Part shown: positions 27,871-40,476 of the stretch, piece by piece
Position numbering within the stretch: position 1 is the first letter of the stretch
Layout of the letters: the number at the start of each line of letters is the position of its first letter
Program-made: the position numbers and the translations under genes
Notes under the pieces: model-generated
Seen by the model: the letters and a program-made list of their open reading frames with translations, nothing else
Told to the model about the DNA's origin: nothing
The model's database searches: none
Assembly: GCA_030390025.1 (NCBI GenBank)
Contig: CM059432.1
Span: 77,006,001 to 77,070,000 of the forward strand
Source of the DNA: Squalus acanthias
Taxonomy: Eukaryota
Direction: 5' to 3'
DNA: 64,000 nucleotides

Positions 27871-27908
27871 CAGGTCTGAAGAAAGGTCATTGACCTGAAA
27901 TGTTAACT
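27871..27908 (+). ncRNA. Minimal type I hammerhead ribozyme motif in the Penelope pseudo-LTR
   Basis: CTGAAGA (27876-27882), stem II aggtca/tgacct, GAAA (27897-27900), then tgtt-aact. A mutated inverted copy lies at ~22851-22896. Minimal hammerheads are an established feature of Penelope LTRs. Confidence 0.65.
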
Positions 27909-28099
27909 TTGTTTCTCTCTCCACAGATGCTCCCTGACGTGTTGAATATTTATAGCATTTCCACTTTTTATTTCAGATTTCCAGCATCCGCAGTATTTTG
28001 CTGTCGTTTTTTAACTTGTTTAATGATGAATGGGAAGACATGAATTGATGGGGATCAATGCGGGGATGTTCAAGGGGTGGTTGTTTGTTTGCAGGACTG

Positions 28100-30207
28100 C
28101 TTTGTGTCAGTGGCATTGGGGGTGCGGTGGACGGGAAGAGTGGTCGTTGCATGTGCTTGTGACATGGGTCCACTGGTGCAACCTAAGTGAACCTTGCATT
28201 AATAAGGGCATCCCTGGCAGCAATGTGAGCAGCTGGGGGTGCATTTCCCTCATCACCTTCCTTCTCCTCGTCTTCTCCCTCCTCCTCCTCCCTCTCCGCA
28301 TCATCTGATGAGGATCTGAGCTCTTCGCCTTGTTCCTCCTCCAGGTCTAAGTCTCACTGCTGCGCAATGTTGTGCAGAGCGCAGCACACCATGGCTATTC
28401 TGGAGACCCTGGCTGGTGCATACTGAAGGGCGCCTCCAGATCTGTCCAGGCACCCGAAACTCATCTTCAGCATACTGATAGCTGGTTCAATCACACAGCT
28501 GATGGTGAAATGGCATTAATTGTAGCAATGTTGTGTTTCACTGTTTGGGTTTCTGATGGGTGCCATCAAGTTTGAAGTGTGTATCCCTTGATCCTAGCAG
28601 CCACCCCTTAAGTTGCAGATCCGAAGTCATCAGGGACCTTGGACTGCCGCAGGATGAAAGCATCACGGCAGCTCCCTGGGAATCTGGCGCACACCTGCAG
28701 AAATATCTTTTTGTGGTTGCACAACAGCTGCACATTGATGGAACGAAAGCCCTTGCAGTTGACAAATACTCCTGGCTGATTTGAGGGTGACGGATTGCCA
28801 CGTGTGTAGTCAATGATGCCCTGCAGCTGTGGGAAGCCAGCCAGAGCCGCAAAGCCAAGCACCCACTCATTCTGACTGGCATCATCGCAGGCGAAGTTGA
28901 CATAATTGCCGGCCTTAGCAAACAAGCCATCAGTTGCCCGTCTTATGCATTTGTGGACCGCTGACTGGGAGATCCTGGATATGTCTCCGGCAGAGTCCTG
29001 GAAGGATCCGGAGGCAAAAAATTTGACGGCGGTGGTGACTTTGACAACCACTGGTAATGCGTAGCTACCAGGCCCAGCAGGGAGGCTACAGATGTCTGCC
29101 ACCATCTGACGTGACAAACTGAGGCTCCTGAGACACTGCTGTTCAGACACGTCAAGGAAACTCCTCCTCTGCCTATAGAGTCTGTTTCACGGGTAATGTC
29201 TCCTGCGAGCTGCACCCCTCTCTGCTGCTCCCCTCTCTGCTGCACCCCTCTGCTGTACCCCTCTCTGCTGCTCCCCTCTCTGCTGCTCCCCTCTCTGCTG
29301 CTCCCCTCTCTGCTGCACCCCTCTCTGCTGCTCCCCTCTCTGCTGCTCCCCTCTCTGCTGCTCCCCTCTCTGCTGCTGCCCTCTCTGCTGCTCCCCTCTC
29401 TGCTGCTCCCCTCTCTGCTGCACCCCTCTGCTGCTCCCCTCTCTGCTGCACTCCTCTCTGCTGCTCCCCTCTCTGCTGCTCCCCTCTCTGCTGCTCCCCT
29501 CTCTGCTGCACCCCTCTCTGCTGCTCCCCTCTCTGCTGCTCCCCTCTCTGCTGCTCCCCTCTCTGCTGCTCCCCTCTCTGCTGCTCCCCTCTCTGCTGCT
29601 CCCCTCTCTGCTGCACTCCTCTCTGCTGCTCCCCTCTCTGCTGCTCCCCTCTCTGCTGCTCCCCTCTCTGCTGCTGCCCTCTCTGCTGCTGCCCTCTCTG
29701 CTGCTCCCCTCTCTGCTGCTCCCCTCTCTGCTGCTCCCCTCTCTGCTGCTCCCCTCTCTGCTGCTCCCCTCTCTGTTGCTGCCCTCTCTGCTGCTGCCCT
29801 CTCTGCTGCTGCCCTTTCTGCTGCTGCCCTCTCTGCTGCTGCCCTTTCTGCTGCTGCCCTCTCTGCTGCTCCCCTCTCTGCTGCTGCCCTCTCTGCTGCT
29901 CCCCTCTCTGCTGCTCCCCTCTCTGCTGCTGCCCTCTCTGCTGCTGCCCTCTCTGCTGCTGCCCTCTCTGCTGCTGCCCTTTCTGCTGCTGCCCTCTCTG
30001 CTGCTCCCCTCTCTGCTGCTGCCCTCTCTGCTGCTCCCCTCTCTGCTGCTGCCCTCTCTGCTGCTGCCCTCTCTGCTGCTGCCCTTTCTGCTGCTCCCCT
30101 CTCTGCTGTCCAGCTACAAATCTCGAAACTGCAGCCTGGTGCTGGTGCTGGTGGTCATATTGGTCCTCGTCTGAGTTCCAATCTAAGGCAGCCATATCAG
30201 CACCCAT
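28100..30207 (-). pseudogene. HARBI1-like DDE transposase of element D, frameshifted, with an N-terminal repeat expansion
   Basis: QCLRSLSLSRQMVADIC, FFASGSFQ, GFPQLQGIIDYT, KGFRSINVQL, FPGSCRDAFIL, GWLLG. Confidence 0.88.
29209..30108. repeat. 15-bp minisatellite (CCCCTCTCTGCTGCT)n, about 60 units
   Basis: Directly visible tandem array; encodes GEQQR/GQQQR on the minus strand. Confidence 0.97.
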
Positions 30208-30389
30208 CCTAATGAGATTGAGAAAACCTCCAAAATGCAGAAAGTAACCTCTCAGCAAAAGTACTGTGAACAAACCCTTTCCCATGATCAGGTAAGAAAC
30301 CAGCTGTGAGTACTGAGTATTTATTGCAGTATGTCTATGAGATTGATTCAGCCCCCTCAATTGCCACTGTGCTCGCGCCTTACCTTCAT

Positions 30390-33243
30390 TACAACAACAA
30401 CAACAACTTATATTTATATAGCGCCTTTAACGTAGTAAAATGTCCCAAGGCACTGCACAGGAGTATTTTAAGACACAAAATTTGACACTGATCCACATAA
30501 GGTGAAATTAGGGCAGGTGACCAAAAGCTTGGTCAAAGAGGTAGGTTTTAAGGAGTGTCTTAAAGGAGGAAAGAGAGGTAGCGAGGCGGAGAGGATAAGG
30601 AGGGTATTCCAGAGCTTAGGGCCTAGGCAACAGAAGGCACGGCCACCAAAGGTTGAGCGATTATAATCAGGGATGCTCAAGAGGGCAGAATTAGAGGAGC
30701 GCAGATATCTCGGGGGGTTGTGGGGCTGAAGGAGATTACAGAGATAGGGAGGGGCGAGGCCATGGAAGGATTTTAAAACAAGGATGAGAATTTTGAAATC
30801 GAGGCGCTGTTTAACCGGGAGCCAATGTAGGTCAGCGAGCACAGGGGAGATGGGCGAACAGGACTTGGTGCGAGTTAGGACACGGGCAGCCTAGTTTTGG
30901 ATGACCTCAAGTTTATGTAGGGTGTAATGTGGGAGGCCAGCCAGGAGTGTGTTGGAATAGTCAAGTCTAGAGGTAACAAAGGCATGGATGAGGGTTTCAG
31001 CAGCAGATGAGCTGAGGCAAGGGCGGAGACGGGCTATGTTACGGAGGTGGAAGTAGGCGATCTTAGTTATGCTGCGGATATGTGGTCAGAAGGTTGCGAA
31101 CAGTGTGGTTCAGCCTCAGACAGATGTTAGGGAGAGGGATGGAGTGAATGGCTAGGGAACGGAGTTTGTGGCAGGGACCGAAAACAATGGCTTCGGTTTT
31201 CCCAATATTAAATTGGAGAAAATTTTTGCTCATCCAGAACTGTATGTCAGACAAGCAGTCTGACAATTTAGACACCGTGGAGGGGTCGAGAGAAGAAGTA
31301 GTGAGGTAGAGCTGGGTGTCGTCTGCATACATGTGGAAACTGACACTGTGTTTTCGGATGATGTCGCCAAGGGGCAACATGTAGATGAGAAATAGGAGGC
31401 GGCCAAGGATAGATCCTTGCGGGACACCAGAGGTAATGATGTGGGAGCGGGAAGAGAAGCCATTGCAGGTGATTCACTGGTTACGATTAGATAGATAAGA
31501 ATGGAACCAGGTGAGTGCAGTCCCGCCCAGCTGGACGACGGTGGAGAGGCGTTGGAGAAGGATGGAGTGGTCAACCGTGTCAAAGGCTGCAGACAAGTCA
31601 AGAAGGACAAGGAGGGATAGTTTACCTTTGTCACAGTCACAGAGGATGTCATTTGTGACTTTGATGAGAGCCGTTTCGGTACTGTGGCAAGGGCGGAAAC
31701 CTGATTGGAGGGATTCAAACATGGAATTGCGGGAAAGATGGGCATGGATTTGGGAGGTAACAGCACATTCAAGGACTTTTGAGAGGAAAGGGAGGTTGGA
31801 GATGGGGCGGTAGTTTGCAAGGACGGAGAGATCAAAGTTTGTTTTTTTGAGGAGAGGGGTGATGACGGAAGATTTGAGGGAGAGGGGGACAGTACCTGAG
31901 GAGGGAGAACCATTAACACTATCAGCTAACATGGGAGCCAGAAAAGGAAGTTGGGTGGTCAGCAGTTTGCTGGGAATAGGGTCGAGGGAGCAGGAGGCGG
32001 GTCTCGTGGACAAGATGAGCGCAGAGAGGTCATGAGGGGAGATCGGAGAGAAACTGGAGAAAGATGTGAGTTCAGGGCTAGGGCAGGGGGGAACCTTAGA
32101 GGAAGTTTGGCCCAGTGGGCTAGGGGAAGGAAGGCAAGTGGCAGAGGCAGCTGAACGGATGGTCTCAATCTTAGAGACAAAGAAGTCCATGAGCTCCTCA
32201 CATTTGTTATTGGAGATGAGGGTGGAGGAGACAGGGGAGAGGGGTTTAAGAAGATGGTTAGCAGTAGAGAATAGGAGCCAGGGTTTATCTTTGCATTCTA
32301 GAATGATTCTGGAATAGTGAGCAATTTTGGCAGGCGAGAGCAGGACCCAATAGTGCTTTATGTGGTCCAGCCAGATCTGGCGGTGAATGGCTAAACCAGC
32401 TGTCCGCCATATCCGTTCGAGTCTGCGTCCCTTGGACTTAAGGGGTGAATGGCCAGGGTGAGAGAGGGTAATTGTTTTAGTAGGGACTAGGGCATCAAAG
32501 ATAGTGGTGAGGGTGTGGTTAAGCAGATCGGTAGCTGCAGAAATGTCATGGTGAATGGAGGGCCAGAGGCTGGACAGTTGTGATTTCATAAGTGCAGCTG
32601 TAAGAGAGTTGGGAGAGAGTTTTTTCCAGGGGCGGACACAGAAGGAAGTAGGGTTCGGCGGGGGTGGGTGGAAGGGGGATGTGGGTGGAGAGCGATACTT
32701 GGAAATGGTCAGAGATGGCCTTATCTGCAATTGACACGATGGGAGTAGCGAGGCCACGAGAGATGGCAAGGTCGAGGGGGTGGCCGTGAATATGGGTTGC
32801 GGAGTTTACATGGAGGGAGAGATTAAGGGAGGATAGGAGGCTAGTGAACTCAGAGGAGAGAGAGCATGATGAATTGAGACGAATTGAGATGGAGGTTGAA
32901 ATCACCGAGGATGAGAAGTCGTTCAGTGCAGAGGCTAAGGGAGGAGAACAGTGATGATATCTCAGTAATAAAACTTTTATGGTACTTGGGTAGGCGGTAG
33001 AGAACAATAATTTTAAATGAGAGGTGAGAGGGGTGGAATAAGGTGAGTTGCTCAAAGGAGGAGAAAGTGCCGGAGGAGTAGGGGGACAGACCAAGGTGTG
33101 ATTTGCTGATGAGAGCCACACCGCCACCACGGCGATCTGAGCGGAGCAAGTGGTGGAAGGTATAGCCAGGCGGGGAGGCTTCAGTTAAGGGTAAGGTGTC
33201 ATCACCCCTCAACCAAGTTTCCGTCAGGGCCATGATATCGATG
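30390..33243 (-). mobile_element. L2 LINE, 5'-truncated in the endonuclease, inactive
   Basis: ALTETWL, ILGDFN, NYRPISNLPFLSKVLE, LLDLSAAFDTVDH, YADDTQLY, LHWLPVKQRLDFKIL; tail GGCGCTATATAAAT...(GTT)n. Confidence 0.93.
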
Positions 33244-34926
33244 ATATATTAGTGACATTCAGAAAGCCCAGGAAACATGCTCCGTTAAATTTAAAAGTGA
33301 GTTGAAATATCACTCCAAGTGAGTGATTAGCATAAGTTAATAGAGAACCCTCTCCTGAGGAGGTTGCAGCAAGCAGCCTAACACGCTCCAGTTAAACCTG
33401 GAAGTTGGCGGATTGGAGCCAGCTTCCCAACACGCTGACATTTTCTGCCCGATTTAACCCCTCCACCCGCACCCAAACCTACCAGATTCAAATTCCCTCA
33501 AGTGTCTGGAGCAGCCTAGAAGGAGAAGAGGTTGCTAAAAGACCGAGGAGGAATTTGGGCTTTTTCTGGTGCTTTCCAGGGCCTATGGCACCTTCCACAT
33601 GGCAGCCCTGGGAAGCAATGGTAACTGGGCAGAAAGGAGGGAAATCTGCCAGTAACCCAGTCTCTGCTATTTGCCTGCAGCGGGTGGGGAAGGAATGGTC
33701 AGTGGCAAATTGCAAAGTACTGTGGTTTTGCTATCGGGGGCAGAGGTTGGGAAATCTTGGTTGGGGCAGTGAAGTGGTGGTTGGTTTCACCACCTGAATT
33801 TTCAGACATTCTACACTGTGATCCCACCCGATTTCAGTGGGATTGCAGAGAAAAATTGCCCCATATTCTCACTGAAGAGACTTCAGATTTGGAAATAGAG
33901 CTAAAGCTGGTGTAAAATTAGACTTCTAATTTTATTATTACAATTTGTCGGAATATATTAGAATGTCGGCTTCATTTTTTACTCCTTTCTAGTATAAAAA
34001 GCAGCCAACTGTAAACTTTGATAATTAAGAGTGGTTCCGGTTCCATTGAAACTCTAGAGTTAGGACCACCACAAATATTTAGAACCTGAACACCTGTATC
34101 CCTTCATCCTGGCGTAAAGTGCCAGGATGCGCCCATTTGTGACTTCCAGCGCTGACTTTGCAGAAGTTTGCGGGGTCAGGTGAGGTCACTCAATTTAAAT
34201 AACCGTGGTGGATGCCTGTGCCAATAGGGGCATACCCACCTGCTCCATAAGGCCACAAAATGTGGCGAGTCGTACTGAGTTTGAGAGGGTAGTGCCAGAG
34301 GTCCCGCTCAGTGCCATCTCAGTCCCCTTTGTAAGGGGGCTGAACATTGCCTAGAATATTTTTCTTTCTTTAGGTGTCCAGGCCGGGACATGGAACTCCT
34401 GGTCCAGGAGTCCCAGCCCCACTGTGCCCCCTCCTATGCCACTAGCCCTGTTTGGGGTAGGCAGATCATTTGTCCCTTCCAAAGCCCCCAGAAAGATCGG
34501 GACCCGGAGTATTTGGGTCCTGGACTAATTGACAGGCCTTATTCCACCCCAGCGATGGTCTTCCGTCTGGAGTGTGCCATTCAGGCCTAAGCACATTCGG
34601 GGTCCTCATGGTAATTTCACTGTGAAGACAGGTGCTCCATTCCTATGTTAAGAAATTGGTCACTTTAGTCAGTGTGGTAGCTAGAGTAATAGAATATTGG
34701 ATTGTCAACCAGAACAGATGGTGCCAGATGTAATTTAGTGGTTTGACAATAATGCCCAGGAGAATGAGAATATATAACTTGGATATCAACACACAGCTGA
34801 AAATGCAATAGAAATTACAGGTAAAACTGTCCAGAAGCTAGACAAATATGGAAAACTATAAGTAAATTGGTTAATGAAAATGGATTCCCCATTTGACCAA
34901 TATAGATACAAATAATATAACTTTTA

Positions 34927-35360
34927 AAGAAAGACTTGCATTTACATATTGCCTTTCACAACCTCAGGACATCCCAAAGTGCTTTATCGTGAATGAAGCA
35001 CCTTTGAAGTGTAGTCATTGTTGTAATGTAGGAAGTGCAGCAGACAATTTGCGCACAGCAAGCTCCAACAAACAGCAATGTGATGTTGAACAAATAATCT
35101 GTTTCAGGTTTTTGTTGAGGGATAAATATTGGCCTGGGCATTGGGGAGAACTCCCCTGCTCTTCTACAAAATAGTGCCATGGGATCTATTTTGTCCACCT
35201 GAGTGGGCAGACGGGGCCTCAGTTTAATGCCTCATCCAAAAGATGGCACCTGCGACAGTACTGCACTGAAGTCTTAGACGAGATTCTGTGCTCAAGTTTG
35301 TGGAGTGGAGCTTGGCCCACAGCCTTCTGACTCAGAGGTAAGGGTGTTTCCACTGAGCCC
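34927..35360 (-). mobile_element. DeuSINE copy, more diverged
   Basis: Colinear similarity to 13742-14203. Confidence 0.85.
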
Positions 35361-38300
35361 TATGGGGCAAAATGAAAAAAAGATTATTTGTAAAGCGATG
35401 GTTTGAGAACAACAGGCACCTTTAAATAAACCTATAATTCTCAAAGAATTCTCAAAGATAGCTGATTTACAATGGTATGATTTACTGCATCAAAAATTAT
35501 ATTTTGGATGACGTGGAAAGCAAAGTGTTACATTCTTTCATACTTCGAAAGAGATAGAACATGAGCTTGAATGAGAACCTAAACAAATAATGTTGCTCTG
35601 CACTTATAGTCATACAGTTTCAAAGCACTGGGGTGTCTTGTTCCATTTACTCTGCTAATAGCTGGAGGTTCTCAAAGTCCGTCATGGCAAATTCACCTTT
35701 ATGATAAATACTTCGGCCCCATTCCTAAATGGACTACTGTAGGCCAGTGATCTCTGGCTCGGGCTACACTAATTCCAACCTAAAAATTGCTAAAGTGTCC
35801 TGGTTTAGTTTTAAAGCAATAGAAAGTAGGACATTTTATTTCTTACAGACTCTGCTATTGTAATTTATCTTTGGAACAATCACTGTCATATTGTAATGAC
35901 TGGAAATACCAGAATTGGGACCTTTATCAAGAGAAGTATTTGTATGATGCAGCATTTGGTAATCTGGCCATTATTGTTAAAGTAATCATTATCGTGCTGG
36001 TGACCACCATACAGGAGAAATTTATGATACTGTCAAATAATGTGCATGAACATAAGAACATAAGAAATAGGAGCAGGAGTAGGCCATTCGACCCCTCGAG
36101 CCTGCTCTGCCATTCAATAAGATCATGGCTGATTTCCTACCTCATCTCCACTTTCCTGAACTATCCCCATATTCTTTGATTCCCTTAATATCCAAAATTC
36201 TATCGATCTCTGTCTTGAATATACTCAACAACTGAGCCTCCACAGCCCTCTGGGGTAGAGAATTCCAAAGATTCACCACCCTCTGAATGAAGAAATTTCT
36301 CCTCATCTCAGTCCTAAATGGCCGACCCCTTATTCTGATACTGTGATGCCTGGTTCTTGACTCCCCAGCCAGGTGAAACACCTCCCTGTCAAGCCCTGGA
36401 AGAATGTTGTATGTTTCAATAAGATCACCTCTCATTCTTCTAAACTCCAGAGAATATAGGCCTAGTCTACTCAATTTCTCCTCATAGGACAATCCCCCCA
36501 TCCCAGGAATCAGTCTGGTGAACCTTCGTTGCACTCCCTCTATGGCAAATATGTCCTTCCCTAGGTAAGGAGACCAAAACTGTACACAATACTCCAGGTG
36601 TGGTCTCACCAGGGCCCTATATAATTGCAGTAAGACATCTTTACTCTTATACTCAAATCATGTTGTAATAAAGGCCAACATACCATTTGCTTTCCTAATT
36701 GCTTGCTGTACCTGCATTCAGTGATTCATGTACAAGGACACCCAGGTCCCTCTGAACATCAACATTTCCCAATCTCTCACCATTTAAAAAATACTCTGCT
36801 TTTCTATTTTTCCTATCAAAGTGGATAACTTCATATTTCTCCACATTATATTCCATTTGCCATGTGTTTGCCCACTCACTTAGCCTGTCTATATCCCCTT
36901 GAAGCCTCTTTGCATCCTCCTCACAACTTACATTCCCACCTAGCTTTGTATCATCAGCAAACTTGGATATATTACATTTGGTCCCCTCATCCAAATCATT
37001 GATGTAGATTATGAATAGTTGAGGCCCAAGCACTAATCCTTGCGGTACCCCACTAGTTACAGCCTGCCAACCCGAAAATGACCCATTTATCCCTACTCTC
37101 TGTTTTCTGTCCATTAACCAATCCTCAATCCATGCTAGTATATTACCCCCAATTCCATGAGCCCTAATTTTGTTTAATAACCTCTTGTGTGGCACCTTAT
37201 CGAATGCCTTCTGATAATCCAAATAAACTATATCCACTGGTTCCCCCTTATCTATTCTGTTAGTTACAACCTCAAAAAACTCTAACAGATTCGTCAAACA
37301 TGATTTCCCTTTCATAAATCTGTGTTGACGCTGCCTAATCCTACTATTATTTTCTAAGTGCCCTGTTACCACATCCTTAATAATAGATTCTAGCATTTTC
37401 CCTACTACTGATGTCAGGCTAACTGGTCTGTAGTTCCCTGTTTTCTCTCTCCCTCCTTTCTTAAATAGTGGGGTTACATTTGCAACCTTCCAATCCATGT
37501 GAACCGTTCTAGAATCAGTGGAATTTTGGAAGATGACAACCAATGCATCCACTATCTCTATAGTCACCTTTTTCAAATCCCTAGGATGTAGGCCATCAGG
37601 TCCAGGGGATTTAACGACTTTCAGTCCCATTAATTTCTCCAGTACTATTTTTTCACTAATACTAATTTCTTTCAGTTCCTCATTCTTGCTAGACCCTTGG
37701 TTCTCCACTATTTCTGGGAGGTTTTTTGCATCTTCTTCCGTGAAGACAGACACATTGGCCGCAATTTTGCCAGCAGAGCCGGGATCGCGGCGGGAGAGGT
37801 GGTTGGCGGGTTTCGGTCCCACTCCTGGCTCCAGCTGCTCTGTGAAAAGGATTTTACATAGATTGGGCTTGTTAAGCCCACCCTGCGGGGTTCCCGGCCA
37901 ATTAAAAGGAAGCAGGTCTTATGACGTCATTTGATGACATGTCATCAGCCGGTTTCCTTAAAGGGACCATGGCCGCATTTATTTTGACAGTTGTGCTGTC
38001 AGTGATCTGCAGCATTGAGGTGCTGCAAACACTGACGAGCACTGCACAAAGGTACATGGCTGCACCCAGGCTCTCCCATGACTCCCTCCATATGCTTATG
38101 GAGGGAGCCACAGCATGCAGGGACGTTCTCTTCTTTTCCAAGGGTGGAACAGATATCTCGAGGACACCAACACAGCCTTGTTGCACATTGCACAGGACAG
38201 CAAAAGCAGGGATGTCTTCAGGAGTACCTGGCTGCAGTGGCGCAAACCTTTCAATGATCTCAGTAGATCACGAAACGTTACTGCAAAATCACACTCAACC

Positions 38301-39304
38301 TCATCCTGCTGTGCCACTCATCACATCCCCAAAACTCTGCCTTCCCTACCCTACTCCTGCACATCCTTACACCAACTTACCTTGCACCTCCACCCTTCCC
38401 TCTCTATCTACATTATCACTTCCCCATCTCAATAGCTACCCCTCACACTCACCCTCATCCCAGTGCAATCACACCAACTAACAACACACAATGGTAGGCA
38501 CTTGGGTGTTTTATGCAATGTTCATGTAAATTTTCTGTTAATGTGTTGTCAAACATTGAAATCTTTGGGGGAGAAATTCGGTATCGCCCCGTTTGGGGCG
38601 CAATTATCGGCCGGGTGCAAAGTTTAGCGCCTGGCGCTAATTATCGCCTCCGACTGCAAACTTGACCTCTATCGCCCCTGGAGGTGATTTGAGCGCTAAA
38701 TCAGGTGCTACACACCTCTCTTAAGGCGCTAACGCCGAGGAGCAAGGCGCTACCTCAGAGCGCTGGCGAAGCTCAGGTGATGTTAGTTAGCAATGGAACA
38801 CAGACACACTGGCGCCGGCCAGTTTTTAAAGGGAGGGTCGATCTTGCTCTCCATCCACACCCTGCTCATTGCAGCCTTGAATCTCGGCCTGGAGAGACCT
38901 GTACATCAATTCTGTTGGAAAGAACAATGGAGAGGCCATGGGAACGAGCTCAGCGCTTCAGCGACCGGGCCTTGGTGGCTCTGGTTGGCGCAGTGGAGCG
39001 CCGAAGGTCAATACTCTACCCACAGAGTGGCAGGAGGCCATTGCCACGCGAATACAGAAGAGTCTGGAGGGAGGTGGCTCAGCACGTCTCCTCGAGGAGC
39101 CTGGTGCCCAGGACCCACACCCAATGTGGGAAGAAGTTCAACGACCTCACTCGAGTGGTCAGGGTGAGTGGCTGCTTTTCAATACCTCTACATCCCTCCA
39201 TCTCAACTTCACTCTGTGCCCAAACAGTTTAAAAACCCCAAATGCCCAACACTCATCCAAGACCTATGGCCATCTCATAAAACACACACACATTCCACAC
39301 CTTG

Positions 39305-39470
39305 CATGCATTAAGGGCTATTCAACTATGGGAGGCACACCAGGCAAGTACATGGCTGCATACATTAAGGGCTATTCAACTATGGGAGGCACACCAGGCA
39401 AGTACATGGCTGCATACATTAAGGGCTATTCAACTATGGGAGGCACATCAGGCAAGCGCATGGCTGCACA
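39305..39470. repeat. 54-bp tandem triplication in Myb intron 1 of element B
   Basis: gcatacattaagggctattcaactatgggaggcacaccaggcaagtacatggct three times, near-identical. Confidence 0.92.
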
Positions 39471-39780
39471 TTCACTCAGACGCCGTCCTTTTTCTTGCAG
39501 GCCAAGCTATCTCATAACAGGCGCCAGCAGCAACGCACGGGTGGAGGAGCGGCTGAGCTGCAGACCCTCAGCGATTGCACAGGATCGTTGCCAGCCAGGT
39601 GATAGGTGCCGTGGCCGCTGGAGAGGTCGACCCCCTTGGGGACAAGAATGGTAAGTTCATCAGCTTTCTCTCCTCTCTCTCATTCCACTTGCCCCTCACA
39701 ACACGATCATTCGGGAGGCAGAGGAGGTCATAGATAGAAGCTTCAGGGATGTAATTACTCCAAAGAATGAAGATAGATGG

Positions 39781-40476
39781 GTGACGGTGAGAGGGGCTAG
39801 GAGGAGGCGGTCGGTGCGGGGATCCTCTGTGGTCGTTCCCCTCAGTAACAGGTATAACGCTTTGGATACTGTTGAGGGGGACGACCTACCGGTGGTAAGC
39901 CGCGGTGACCGGATCTCCGGCGCTGGGTCCGTCCCTGTGGCTCAGAAGGGAAGGGGGGAGAGCAGGAGAGCAATAGTTATTGGGGACTCAATAGTCAGAG
40001 GGACAGATAGGAGATTCTGTGGCAGCAAAAGAGACTCACGGATGGTATGTTGCCTCCCGGGTGCCAGGGTCCGTGACGTCTCGGACCGTGTTTTCAGAAT
40101 CCTCAAGGGGGAGGGGGAACAATCACAAGTCGTGGTACACATCGGTACCAACGACATAGGTAGGAGAAGGGACGGGGATTTAAAACAGGAATTTAGGGAG
40201 CTAGGTTGGAAGCTGAGAGCCAGTACAAGCCATGTTGTAATTTCTGGTTTGTTGCCGGTGCCACGTGCTAGCGAGTTGAGGAACAGGGAGAGAGTGCAGA
40301 TAAACACGTGGCTGCAGGGATGGTGTAGGGGGGAGGGTTTCAGTTATGTGGATAATTGGAGCGCATTCTGGGGAAGGTGGGACCTGTACAAACAGGACGG
40401 TTTGCACCTGAACCAGAGGGGCACCAATATCCTGGGAGGGAAATTTGCTATGGCTCTTCGGGGGGGTTTAAACTAA
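39781..40476 (+). CDS. CR1 ORF1, C-terminal SGNH esterase domain (5'-truncated)
   Basis: VIGDSIVRG, CLPGA, HIGTNDI, DGLHLN motifs; ends GGLN*. Confidence 0.85.
   Translation: MTVRGARRRRSVRGSSVVVPLSNRYNALDTVEGDDLPVVSRGDRISGAGSVPVAQKGRGESRRAIVIGDSIVRGTDRRFCGSKRDSRMVCCLPGARVRDVSDRVFRILKGEGEQSQVVVHIGTNDIGRRRDGDLKQEFRELGWKLRASTSHVVISGLLPVPRASELRNRERVQINTWLQGWCRGEGFSYVDNWSAFWGRWDLYKQDGLHLNQRGTNILGGKFAMALRGGLN

Larger units (their letters stand above)
22784..28002 (+). mobile_element. Penelope-like retroelement (RT + GIY-YIG) with an inverted 5' pseudo-LTR, split by a CR1
   Basis: RT remnants HFLQIKxVAMGT and PTDSHSYLDY; GIY-YIG domain NLVYCIRCSRCSLLYTGETKCRLGDRFAEH (27300-27535). 22784-23014 is an inverted copy of the 3' terminal region. 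15-bp TSD gtcgctttttaactt (22769-22783) / gtcgttttttaactt (28003-28017). Confidence 0.9.
21350..33500. mobile_element. Harbinger transposon D (left-truncated, degenerate), interrupted by Penelope/CR1 and L2 insertions
   Basis: Myb-gene exons 2-3 on + (~21352-22638, homologous to 55241-56542) and transposase on - (~28100-30207). The segment 33245-33500 resembles the right subterminus of elements A and C. The right boundary is inferred. Confidence 0.7.

Noticed and set aside
29173..30360. Long low-complexity ORFs (SAAPL, LLPSL, GAAER repeats)
   Set aside because: Translations of the 15-bp minisatellite; only the minus-strand transposase frame has outside support.
33500..34625. GC-richer patches with TIR-like ends (aaaaattgcccc, ggtaatttcac)
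   Set aside because: Probably decayed MITEs, but paired termini could not be established.
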